A stretch of DNA of 64,000 bases from Selaginella moellendorffii (Eukaryota > Plantae > Lycopodiophyta), in the NCBI RefSeq assembly GCF_000143415.4, contig NW_003314343.1, positions 558,813-622,812 of the forward strand. Direction: 5' to 3'. The translations under genes and the position numbers were made by a program. Shown piece after piece: positions 24,761-36,362 of the stretch. The stretch's first letter is position 1. Each line of letters begins with the position of its first letter. The notes beneath the pieces were generated by a model that worked only from the letters and a program-made list of their open reading frames with translations, searched no databases and was not told the DNA's origin.

Positions 24761-27700
24761 ATGGCCTTCAGGGTTGGGGAAAAGGTTTACATTTTGAATG
24801 GTGGGAAGAGAGTTGCAAAAGGGACCCTTGTGTCTATGGATCGGAACTTTGTTATACACTGTCAAAGGCTTGGGGAAGGCAATGCTGCTGTATCAGTAGA
24901 GACTGTCTTCGATGGGAATGTGGTCGCTATTGAACGAGGAGAGATGGTCGTCGGGGTAAATGTTGTTGTTGCCTTGAAAAATCTTCAGAAGAAAGCAGAT
25001 GTTGGGGACAGCGCAAGTGCGACGCATGTTCCCTCCGTGGATCTTAAGAACCGTGCTACATGGATTCAGGCAAAAGTGTTTCTAAACAACCCCGAGGGGG
25101 AGGTGGTAGCTGAGGGCTTAGCCACAGTTGTCGATCCAAGAAATGCGGTTGCTAATCAAGAATTGGGTTGGGATGATATTGGAGTTGCGATTTTAGAGGT
25201 TGTTGACACAGAAGAAAACAGTCTGACTATTGGAAGCATTGTGCGGTGGAAATTGAGGCACTTAGTGTTTGAGAATGTGAAGGATTCACAATCAAACACC
25301 ACTACAACTGATGACAGAACATCTCTTCATGGGAAAAGAAAGTACACCTTCCTAAAGCGCAGCCAAAGGGATCTGAGCAACGAACCGAAAAGGCAGAAAA
25401 TGGCGATGGAGGTTCGAATGGTCTCGACAGTTGCTTGTTGCAAGAGGAGGTGCTGTCAACATGCTGATTGGGATGCTATTGAAGAGGAGAGAGCAAGATA
25501 CAAGACATTGTCCTGGAAGGCAGCTCGCAATTTTGTGTATGAGGCATTACGGTCATCTGTTGATGCTTCAGAACATCAGGTGGGGGGCATGGTCTTCCAG
25601 AGGGGTTTGGTCTGCATGAAGGCATGGAGAATCATTTATGGAGTCCCTCGAACCACATTCTACAGAATCAAAACTGAGTTCGAGGAACAAAGGGTTCAAC
25701 AGGCAGTCCATGGGAACGACGGTACGCACAAAACCAGGGGTCATGTTGTATATGGAGAGGCAATCTTCAAGAGGTTTGTCGAGACATGTAGCGAGCAGCA
25801 ACCACATAAAACCCGCCTCTTGGAAGATGGAACACGAGACACCCAACGAGTTCTCCCTTCCATGTATACCAAGGGGGCCATATTGGAAGATGTGAATCGG
25901 GAACTCCAGAGTAATGGCTACAGGAAGCTGAGCCAATCTAGATTTAGTAGATTGTGGAGCAACAGGTTCAGGGATGTGAGTATAGGAAAGTACTCCAGCT
26001 TTTCAAAGTGTGACGAGTGCACTGCTATCAAAATGGCTTTGTCGAAGAATTCTTGCAGCGCTCAAGAGCGAGAGATGTTGGTTAGAAGGCGGCTCGACCA
26101 CAACATCGAGCAGAGAAGCTGCAGGACTGCATATTATCATAACAGGATTCTCTCCATGGAGAGACCTGACTCTTACCTCTGCATCATCCACGACAAAATG
26201 GACCAGAAAAAGACGTGCTTACCTCGACTCAATCCTGCCCCCAAGGCAATCTCTTCATCCATGCAGCTGCCTGTGTCTCTGTTTGGCATAATCGCTCATG
26301 GGCATGGTGCCCAGAACTATGGGAACTTCTTTGTACCTCTATGGGGTGGCGGGGGTGCAAACATGATGATTGCGTCCCTAGCAAAACACTTAAGGTCTCT
26401 GCAAAGTGCGCAGACTGAGCTGAACGGCCAACCCTTGCATAAGGCCCTTGTCGATCGAACCCCATACAGGGTTCAGCTGGAGGAGGAGCAAAGGCTTGCA
26501 GTATCGCGTGGGGCCCCATGCCATCCCAGTGAATATGTTGGCCGTCAGATTGTAGGGTTATCACGTGAGGCCTCATGCCATTCCGACGAGGCTGGTCGCC
26601 CGGTGAATGCACAGCCTCATCCAAACGAAGCAGAATCTCAAGGAAGTTCTTGCGGCCGATGTGGCCTTCCACCCCATCTTCTGCTCCAAACAGACAATGC
26701 TGGCAGTGAGAACAAAAACATGTACGTCTTTGCGTACTTGGCGATGCTTGTTGCCAAAGGCATATTTGAAACGGTTACACTTGGCTTTCTCATGGTTGGG
26801 CACACTCATGAAGACGTCGATGCCATGTTCAATCACCTGGCAGAGTCCCTCCGGCGATCCAATGTCCTCACCCTCCCACAACTCTACGATGAATTCCAAA
26901 ATTGCATCAAAGGCACTATTGAAGCTGCACTTCTGACAGAGGTTCCAGACTTTAAGGGGTTTGTAAGAGGCTACATCAGGGACGGATCCGAAACGCTGAT
27001 TGGCCACTCCAAGCCTCTTCAGTTTCATTTCAGCATGTGTGACGGTGCTCCAGTGATGAGGTACAAGATGAGAGAATGGGACACAGTGTGGCTGCCAGTG
27101 GACGGCATTGAACTCTTCAAGAGAGATCCCATAACTGGGGAACCTATGATTCCTCAGGGTTCCCCACGGCCGATGCACCCGGATGGACTCAAAGACCAGG
27201 AAAGTATAGTGGCCGGGATTAGACAGCATATTGCCTTCTGGAAGAGGGGGTTGGTGTTTGGTGGAGAATCCTATTTTCAGAGGTGCAAGCCTTTGCTCGA
27301 ATACTGGGAGAAGATTATATCTGCTATCCAAAATGGGCCGGTTGTATATGAAGAATTGGAAGAGTCCTTTTGGCCAGAACAGAGCACCAGATAGTAGCGG
27401 AACAATGTCCTCTGGAAATGCAGTGACAGATAACGATGTTGAGGATCACTATTGTGGGCCGAGGAACAAGAAGCCGGATTCAGCATTCAATCCAGTACAG
27501 GTCTGCAAAGGAATGGTCGTGCTTGTCAGACCCAGTAATAAAAAACAAATGATATGGGTGGGGCGCTGCATCACTGATGCAGAGGAGGACGCGGAAACTA
27601 ACTCCTTCAATGTAACTGTGGAGTGGTTCAAGCCAAGTTCCGGATATACGAACAATTGCCTAGAAAAGAGATGGGTGCTGAATCCAAGGGATCCCAACAT

Positions 27701-27900
27701 GAGCATATCGGTGGATAATGTTGTGCATGGTTGGATGCGGAAGCAGAGTGCCACCATCACCTTGCCAGACCATGCAAGAGATGCAGCAAGAGCATTCATA
27801 ACCCGGGTTCAAGGTGAGATTCATTAATATTCCTTTACTAAGTTTCTAATGTATTTTATTTCAAGGTGAACAATCCGAATCTGAATCAGAGGAGGCGTGA
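24761..27900 (+). CDS. Sola1-like DDD transposase with two N-terminal Tnp1/En/Spm-like repeats; C-terminal domain frameshifted
   Basis: 877-aa ORF 24761-27394 with FSKCDEC...H zinc motif, IIHDKMDQ, LLLQTDNAGSENKN and FLMVGHTHEDVDAMF (41 residues between the 2nd and 3rd Asp). Continues in the +1 frame (27231-27827, VLVRP...IWVG...VEWF), then an intron at 27814-27865 and a stop at 27900. Probable 5'UTR intron at 24450-24759. Confidence 0.85.
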
Positions 27901-28522
27901 TGGCATGTGGCCTTACGCCATTCCTAGGTGAGATGATACAAATAACAAGTATAAATTCTTAGTTGTTCTAGCAAATCTTACTTAAAGTTCAAGGTGAACA
28001 AGCCGAATATGAATTCATCGGATTGTTATAACAAATTGCGAGGTGATGGCATGAGGCGATACGCCATTTGAGAGTGGTAGCCATTCTTATATGAGGTGAG
28101 TGAAGTATTTATTAGAAATACCTCATTCAATTGTGCACTTCTAAGTCTTGGTCCACTTAGTACTGTTTGCATGTTTTTATTTTAATTCTTTCTCTAAAAT
28201 GTTATTTAGCATGTGGCTTCATGCCATTGCTCTCCACAATCATGCATTGAATTTCTATCCTTGCATAATACTTCTCCATATATATAGCATGTGCGCACAT
28301 GTGATATGGTTCATTAGGCCTGATATAGTGTGTGAGGTAAAACAAAGATGATGTGACATATGCATTTACCAATCACACGTGCATAAATCTAATAATATGG
28401 CGTGTGGCCCATATTAATGGCACATAAACCCATATTGTGGGCTTACGTGCTTTATGTACCATCATTCCCTTGCAGCGTGTGTGTTGGTTTCCTTTTATAA
28501 CACAACGAACTCCATATTTTAG

Positions 28523-28792
28523 GGTGAAGAGCGTTCTCATGGCAAGCACAAAATCTGTGAGGCAGAAAAGGAGACGGAGAAGGAGATAGGTGAAGATGTA
28601 GAATATATAAGTCTTCCAAACTCCCCGTACTATACTCCAGGTGATCATTTTTCTGAACAAACGGCAACATTAACAACTATCGAGAACGCCCCAGTAACGT
28701 CAGAGACAACAATCCAAAGCAAAACAACTGACCCGGAGAAGGATGATAGTACCGCTGAGAGTACCAAAAAGGAGGTGTCCACTAGCGCTTAG
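28523..28792 (+). pseudogene. Small Ser/Thr-rich cargo ORF (~85-90 aa), probably frameshifted near its ATG (28539); homologous to 61935-62183
   Basis: Open frame ...EDVEYISLPNSPYYTPGDH...ENAPVTSETTIQSK...STAESTKKEVSTSA*, absent from the ORF track. Matches ENVNFISLPQSPYYTPG...KNAPVTSETTVQSK...STAESTKK at 62 kb. Confidence 0.7.
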
Positions 28793-29428
28793 GCTTATAA
28801 TGGCGTGTGCCCTCATGCCATTTACTTGATCACCAAATACCTTTTTCCCTTTGCACTAGTATATCTTAATACCGGTCTGAGAAATAGAATGGCATGTGCC
28901 CTCAGGCCTTTTACTAAATCACCTTTGAAAGAAATGCAAGCCTCTATGTCGTAAAAAAAAGGTACTAGAGAAATTCCTTAATAATATGAATGTTATTTAG
29001 TTTCATGAAAATACACTAAGGGTCAAATGAGTTAAATGACTTCTCCAGACTAGCAATGCCTCTTGCTACACCTTCACAATTAGATTTGTTAGAAAAAGAT
29101 AACATTGAATAATATCTAAATGTTCTCACCATTAAGTTATATGTCTGGCTAATAGGAATGATGTTCATCTTGGAAAGCTCACCACACGCTCAATGAACAA
29201 ACAAATAGTGTGTGCGCGCATGCCATCGCTCTTCTTTAGCTTCAGATTCGGCTTGTTCACCTTGACAATGAGATTTATTATACAACTAGATGGACTCAGT
29301 CTGGACATAAGGTCACCGCGCTAGTCACCATGCCCCAGATATGTCTAGCCCCTGGACAAAAAACATATAATTTCATGTCATTTTCAAATACTTGAAAATT
29401 TGTACCTAGTCCCATTTTACTGAATAAA

Positions 29429-29450
29429 TCCCACTTTAACGAAATAGAGC
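29429..29450 (-). repeat. Right terminal inverted repeat (22 bp)
   Basis: Exact reverse complement of 15862-15883. Confidence 0.95.
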
Positions 29451-29839
29451 ATAATATCAATAGTACTCTCATCAATCATTACTTACCTTAGAATGTCTCT
29501 TCTTTCTATTTTTCTATAATTAGCTGAATCTTTATGTAGAAAGCTCAAGCTGATGCTAGTTCTCCCTTTTGCCAAGAAGAAGATTATTCCAAAACTCCAT
29601 ATTTCTGAAAAGGTAAGACTTCTCCTTTTTTGGTAAAGAGTAGAATTAAAGCTTAAGATTATACTATAAACTTATATAGATTATGTTGATAATTTTATCA
29701 AGTTAAATATGCTTAGTATATTCTTAAACCCTTGATGTTGATGCATTTTAGCTTTATATTTAATAAAATATAAAAATATGGTCTTGATCCCTTTGATAAT
29801 GAAGTAATTTATGATAATATTTTGCAAGAAAGTCAAAAT

Positions 29840-31411
29840 TTTCGTGAATGTGACTATGGGTATCAAAAGTTTCTTATTGATAAGCCCTTTCAGATATCCT
29901 TTCTTTACTACCATGATAACAAGAGGTCAATATTATTATAACCTTTATCAGTCTCCACCCAAGCTAGTTGAGAAACTAGTTTTCACATGTGCACTTGGGC
30001 AGAAGAGCATAAGGATAGAATTCCTTAGTGCTATTAGTTAAATATACTTGACTTGGTTAGAGAATCTCATTTGTTAATTTACATTTGCTAATGTTAAAAA
30101 CCCTTGTGATATTGAGTTTACTTCCTTAATATTCACTATATGATAGTTTACTGTATTTGCCAAGACACCCTTGGTATCATTCCCCATGTGTTAGTTACAT
30201 TTAGTCCCATTGGTTATTTATGAAAAGTGTTTAGATCTATTAGTAAGGCATATCTACAAAATGTAAAGATTATCATGAACACAATTGTAATGCACTCTAT
30301 TTCTTTTCTCTTAAGTTAATTAGAAAAAAGGCAATTGCTTGATAAGAGAGCCCTTAGTGGCTATTTTATCCCCATTTATCACTTAAAGTTTTAAGGATAC
30401 ACAATGACAATATATACAAACCTTGTCCCGTAATCACATATGCTACACTCACTCCTTTTACCCCCCCCATATAGAGTGGAATATAAACCCTTGGCCACAT
30501 GTCTAAGAGCAATGTACAAGTTTCAGAGTTTTATACCACTAAACAAAGGGATGAAGCCAATCTCCTGAGCATAAAGCTAAGGAACAAAAGAAGTGGAGTA
30601 TAACATAACTTTTGAGTATACAACCTAAAGAGTGAAGGAGCAAGAGCATAAAGTGATATAAGAACAATCCTAAAACATTTAACATCCCAATGCCAAGACT
30701 AACACGCAAAATAGAGCCAAGCAAAGTCTAACACTATTTCAATATATTTATGGCCTAACACAAAAATATAGGTACTTCACCATTTAGTATGGTAGATGTA
30801 GAATAGGACCATACATGTAAATAGGAGTTAAATTATGCCTTAAGTTGGTTGGCCATGCCAACCTCTCTCCTCCCCCCTTGAGGAATGCATATTTTGGGCT
30901 TTCACCCCGGTACTAGAAGTTTGTTTTTAAGGCAATCATGAAAATCTACTAAATATAGAATGGCTTTAAATTGTGAATCTAGATTCAAGACAATCTCTAC
31001 ATTCTATAAATATGTCTAATTAGAAGATTTAAACACTTTCCATAAATAGCTAATGGGACCGAATGGAACTAACACACGGGGGAATGATAGCGAGGGTGTC
31101 TTGGCAGACATCATATAGCAAATATTGAAGGATCAAGCTCACTATGAGGTTATTATCAAGTTAGTGCAAGACAGAGCAAAAGAGAATTAAAAACTAAACC
31201 AAGTATGCTTAATAAAAAATATATATGAGTTCTTCTCTTATATTCATTTGGCTAAGTATAAATGTTAAACACAATTTACTAATACTTAAACAAGAGGGAT
31301 TGAAAAAGGAACCAACAATATTAATTTTCTGCCGTTATAGTAGTAACTAAATAATATTCAAAAGGACTCATTGACATATAGCTTTTGATATCTGTAATCA
31401 CATTCTCAACA
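29840..31411. mobile_element. Two diverged LTR fragments of the 1.14-kb LTR family in opposite orientations
   Basis: ~29840-30285 resembles 53764-54210. ~30470-31411 resembles 10890-11973. Confidence 0.7.
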
Positions 31412-33123
31412 TCTATACTTTGAGATTTGCTGTGTTTTTCTCTTGAGGTAAACACTTGTCACAGTCGAGAGAATTAAGCTAATTTTGAGTGTTTGGTTAA
31501 GGTTAAGGCAATGCAACTGATGTTAGATCTCTTCCTCTTGCAAGGATATGTGTCTGTCTGGGTATTTGCAAAGGTGATGAATCCAATTCTATTCTTCTTC
31601 CACATTTTGTCTTGGGTGATTCATTATTTGCTTTCATTGTTTGAGAGTGAAGTGGCAAGAGACTGACATTTTCTATGAAATCTCTACTTGTCTCATTCTG
31701 ACTTTGTAAGCATTGTTTTGTAGTCAAGCAAAGCCACAAAGGCTACAACAAGCAGTGCAATGTACAACTATTTAACTATTTATTAAACAAGAAAATATCA
31801 TACTACACCATCAGTTTATACATCATATCATACACTTATAGTTTCTCATTCCCTAGACATTCCTCAGATGCTGCTCATAGAATTCCAGAAGCTGTAACTT
31901 GACTACCATAAAACATGAAAGAAGCAGTGAAAAAATACCATTCATATTTTAAAGGTTTTTTCTCGTTATTGAAAGATAACAGAGCCTCACAAGCACCTCA
32001 TATATTGCCCTTAAAGAGATGATGTTCAGTTCTATGGTTCAGAGTAAATTCCTTCTTGAAAGCCTCCTCAAATTCATTTAGTGACACCAGAGGTCCCTTG
32101 CTAGCAATGGTATGTTAGTTCAAAATATGAGTCCACCAATATGTAACCTAGCCTTTAAGCACTATCTCTATAAGGATCAATGCATCTTCATCCAGCAATA
32201 TTTGAACCTGGATCAGTTTGAGTGCCTCATTTGTAAGGACATCAATCCCATCAAACTCTGGAATTCAAGCTCCATCTATAACACAACTCCCACCACCTCG
32301 AGAATTCTCAATCTTCTCAATGTGCTCATGTGTGTTTGCTAAAGATTCATACATGTTAACCTCAAGGGTCTAGATATTGCTATTGAGGTCTTGCAATTCT
32401 AGCATCACCTCATCCATTGTCCAAGCCTCCAGAGATGATTAATTAGCAACTTGCTCCATAAAATCCATAGCAACAAACTTGCAGATTCTTGAATTTTATT
32501 CTCTTGTACCATTTGTTAGAACCTAGGGAAGAATTACCACACTAATCCAGAGCAAATTGCCACCTAGCCACCCCCAAGCTGTTTGCACCACTGCTCACAA
32601 CTGTGATCATGCTCCACCTCTACTATGTCTAAAAGTCATTGATTAGTCATGAACTAATCTGTCGTAAAATAAACTAACTAAACTTAACTTGGTCATTGGA
32701 TTAATATTAATCCCAAGATTAATAGTGCTCATCTAAATGAATCTTGAAGACAAATAGATGAAGATGAAGTTAATACAGTAGCAGCAGTGCTAGGCAATCT
32801 TGCTGCATATTGGGCTACTGGTGTAACTCATCTTGAGTTTCTCGCAAATAAAGATTCATGAAGCAAGCTTGTTTTTCTTTGTTTTACAGGTGTTGCTCTT
32901 CTGAAAACATGCAAGTCCAAGCCTCCAGTTCCTATAGCTTTCCCTCCCACTCCCAGTCCCCTAGCCTCATCTGGTCACAGAAGCCTCTCTTCTATATGCC
33001 GTGACTGTGAAGACTTCTCAGGTCACTCAAGTTGATCTCACCAAAGGCCATTGTTGGACATTGGACACAAATGGCTACTCTTTCCTTGTGCTTGGATGTA
33101 CTGGCAAGGACTAAGTTATGGAA

Positions 33124-33452
33124 CCACACAATGTAGCTTGAGTTTTCCTATTTTGCAAAATAGTATAAATTTGTGTGGTTTATAAAACTAACTTAGTTTT
33201 AGACCAAGAAAGTAGCTTTTGATAGTTCCTGATGCAATTTTTCAGTATGTTTTGACAATTTGAGTTTTTGCATATATGGTTTAGAATTTTGTTTTCTTTT
33301 TTTCACACAACATTGTAGCTTGAGTTTTCTGGTTTGCAAAACTACATAAATTCCTGTGGCTTATAAAACTAACTTGGTTCTAGGAACCAAGAAAGATAGT
33401 TCTTGATGTGGTTTTCAATATGTTTTGACAATTTGAGTTTTTTCATATATGG
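33124..33452. repeat. ~180-bp tandem duplication
   Basis: tgtagcttgagttttc...ttataaaactaactt...ttttgacaatttgagttttt appears twice. Confidence 0.8.
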
Positions 33453-35221
33453 CTTTTTATATAATAGTTTTTTTTATTGGTTATATATAGTGGTTATTGT
33501 TTAGTGGTTTTACTGTATATGTTTTTAGAATGGTCATGAAATGTGGTTGACATTATAGGTTTTGCAGAGTTTTTTTTTTAAATGATATATCTTTACATTC
33601 AAATCAAATAAAATAAAAGCTAAGATTGTCCTAAAGCTAGGTATATTTGCCAACCCATGCAAAGTGGTGAGTTATTCTTCTCTAGTAGATACTCTTGCTC
33701 ATCATCCTAACACAATGATTGTATGGTTATAATCTTCCTCTTTGTTGATAACAACACCACAAGAAGCTCTTTGAAGTTGATGATATCACCCACCTGGCAT
33801 CTCTTGTACAATCCTCTATACTACACTTATAACCACTTAAGCTAAAATGTAACTGCTTGATAACCCAAGGCAAAGTTACAAGGATTTATAAAAGACTTAC
33901 ATAAAAACATAAATATGTTAATATCCTTTTAAGATCTCTTTGCTTAGGAATTCCTCACTTGATAAGTGCTCATTTGCAAAGGGGCATCTTGAGTCCATTT
34001 GACTTGAATCAAATCAGTGTTTAAAGTTTGAAATCACCCTTACATAAAAATAATATCTCCAACTATCACTACAATTGGGCAATACTAGTTTAATTGCCAA
34101 TTTGGGAGAGAACCATAAACCTCATCTAAAGCTAAATTGTATCATTTTTAGTGGGAATCATAATGTGGGAGAATGCAAATCTCTCTAAAAATGAGTTCAA
34201 ATGGAAGTATAGAAGTGTGATTGAATGTTTTTTGACAAGGGGTTAAAATTTACTACAGTGATGAATGAGAATTTGAACAAAAATATCTCCACACTCCACT
34301 CTCTAATGCCTTATGTCATGAGCAGTTCCTCTTTATATAGTCCTTAGATCATATTTTGTGTTTTGTTGTTAATATCATAAAATATTGGTGTATAAAGGTG
34401 GCAGATTTAGATAGCTATTGTTGAATGCATAAATTACACAAGAAAATATTTTTAAATAGTGGCAGAAATCTTTGCAAGGTTGGAGTGTATGCTTAAATGT
34501 AAGAGTTATATAACAAATCATTTTATAAAGGTGGTGGAAGATAAAGTTTGTGATAGAGTAAAGTAGATGGGTAATAAGACGAATATAAAATATAAAAAGG
34601 AAAGAATAGTCATGAAAGGATTTGGTTTAACTTGTTTTTTAAGTAGCTTCTTTATTTGAAGCTTCATTTTCTATGCCATTTGTTCCTATAGGTAAATCTA
34701 TTTCCAAACTTTGCATTTTCAATTTTGCTCTTGATTCCACAACATGTAAAAGCTTCTTGGCTAAAGAATCCTTATTTGAACTCTTTCCATCCTTACTTTT
34801 TTGAACACTTTTGTTTTGAGAGTTTTCTCTTGTGGATTCTTTTTTTAGCTTCTAAATCTCTTTAAAAGCTTTTTCTAGTTTCATTATTTTTTCCTCAACT
34901 GTATTTAAGCAATTTTTCTCTTGCTTAGGAGTTGTCTTTTCTTTTCCTTCTCACTAGTGAATTACACATCTTTCCTTGAAATGCTTCATATAGGATATAA
35001 AATTGCAATAAAGCATTTAAATTTGGGCACATATGTGCTTTTTCTCTTTTCTTCTTTTCTCTTTGAGCTTTGCATAGTTTTCTTCATCACTATAAGGGTT
35101 TCTTGGCTTCTTAAGTCCTAGTGTTGAGCTCTTCTTGTGCACCTTGAATTTCCTTTTTTTTTAGAGTTCTCATGCCTAATGTGTAAGTGATTAAATTTTC
35201 CATTCTAATTTAGTCATTACA

Positions 35222-35719
35222 GATTACAAGCAACCAAAGGAAATAACTTAAGAGACCATTTATGGGATTAATATAAAGGGAAAAGGTCTATAAATAAGTG
35301 TGCACTCTTTTTTTGAATTAGTTAAGGGTTTTAGGATACTTGAGGTTAAATATATTTGGGTTTGAATAGTACTGGATTGAGTGACCTCCTAAGAAGTCTA
35401 AATTCATGAGCTAACATTTTGGTATTAGAAGTATCTCCTCTACTGGTTGGTTAAGGGAATCATACCATATGTTGAGATTAACATCTGGTAGATTCAGTTT
35501 GCCTCTAGCTAAGCTCAACTCAAGAGGTAGGGTGTTAAAAAAGTGGGGCTTTCAGAAGAGTTATAGCTTTTAATTTTCATTCACGTGGGCATGAACTTAC
35601 AAGAAAACATGGTGGGTTCCCCTTTTTTAATTAGTTAAGGGTTTTGGGTTAAGTGTCCTTAGGTTTGAATAGTACTAAGTTGGATTGCCTGTTGGAAAGT
35701 CTAAATTCAAGAGCTTACA
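35222..35719 (+). mobile_element. Cassandra-type TRIM (second LTR truncated)
   Basis: LTR1 ends gagctaaca at ~35417, followed by PBS-like tggtattaga. 5S-like tgggtttgaatagtactggattgagtgacctcctaagaagtc. LTR2 remnant ends gagcttaca at ~35719. Confidence 0.75.
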
Positions 35720-36362
35720 CAATAGTTTTTTTGCTCCAAGACTATATGTAATACCCTTTTAAGGTATTTATGGTCATAATCTTGGAATAGCCCTTGATTT
35801 GCCTTCATATTGTATATTTTATTTTCTTCTCTTTGCTTATTCCCAATAGAGTTTGGTAACAATCTTTTTTCATGGTAAATACCACTTCTTTCTTGTTTTT
35901 CACTTCATTTTCTCGATCATAGAATGAAATTTGGATATACTATCACTGTGAATCCTTAGAACTTCATAAAGATAAAATAACCACTAAAGGCTCTTTTATT
36001 AAGCAATTGATCCTTTTCCAATTGGCTTAAAGGAAAAAAGATAATGTGCAGTACACTCACATCCACTTTATGGGAGAAATAGCCTCAATTGGTGGTAATG
36101 ACAATGCCTTAACCTAGGAAATGTGATTGAAAACATGTGGGCCCAAAGTTGGTAGCTAGTTCTTTGAGGATGTGGATGTATATCCCCCTCTTAAAGCACT
36201 TTTTTTTTTCTTTTTTTTGCAGGGGGGGGGGGGGGGACTAGCATCTTTAGTTGTTGGAATCTATGCTAACTTTGCAACAGCTTCATGGTCTTTGAGTGGT
36301 GGCTACTTTAGCTCTAAACACTATTGAACACTTTCTTTTTCCTCGTCCACTAATGCCTTAAT

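Larger units (their letters stand above)
15954..29226. repeat. Dispersed 22-bp palindrome family ATGGCRTG-N6-CAYGCCAT (~28 copies)
   Basis: Copies start at 16246, 17323, 17398, 18626, 18817, 18958, 20430, 21707, 21767, 21844, 22623, 22758, 22917, 22996, 23802, 23874, 24489, 24587, 24657, 26503, 26560, 27900, 28046, 28206, 28800, 28889 and 29205, with degenerate or half sites at 15954 and 28397. Confidence 0.95.
15862..29450 (+). mobile_element. 13.6-kb TIR DNA transposon, Sola1-like, with divergent multidomain accessory gene
   Basis: Perfect 22-bp TIRs: gctctatttcgttaaagtggga (15862-15883) and tcccactttaacgaaatagagc (29429-29450). Flanks ataa(a) and ataa give an imperfect 4-bp TSD. Contains a DDD transposase, is GC/CpG-richer than its flanks, and holds an element-confined palindrome family. 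Confidence 0.9.

Noticed and set aside
15954-29226. Palindromic repeats as a CRISPR array
   Set aside because: Spacing is irregular (57 bp to over 1 kb), copies lie in introns and exons of spliced eukaryotic genes, and no cas genes are present.
31420-33100. Possible decayed host gene fragments
   Set aside because: No frame with recognisable motifs.
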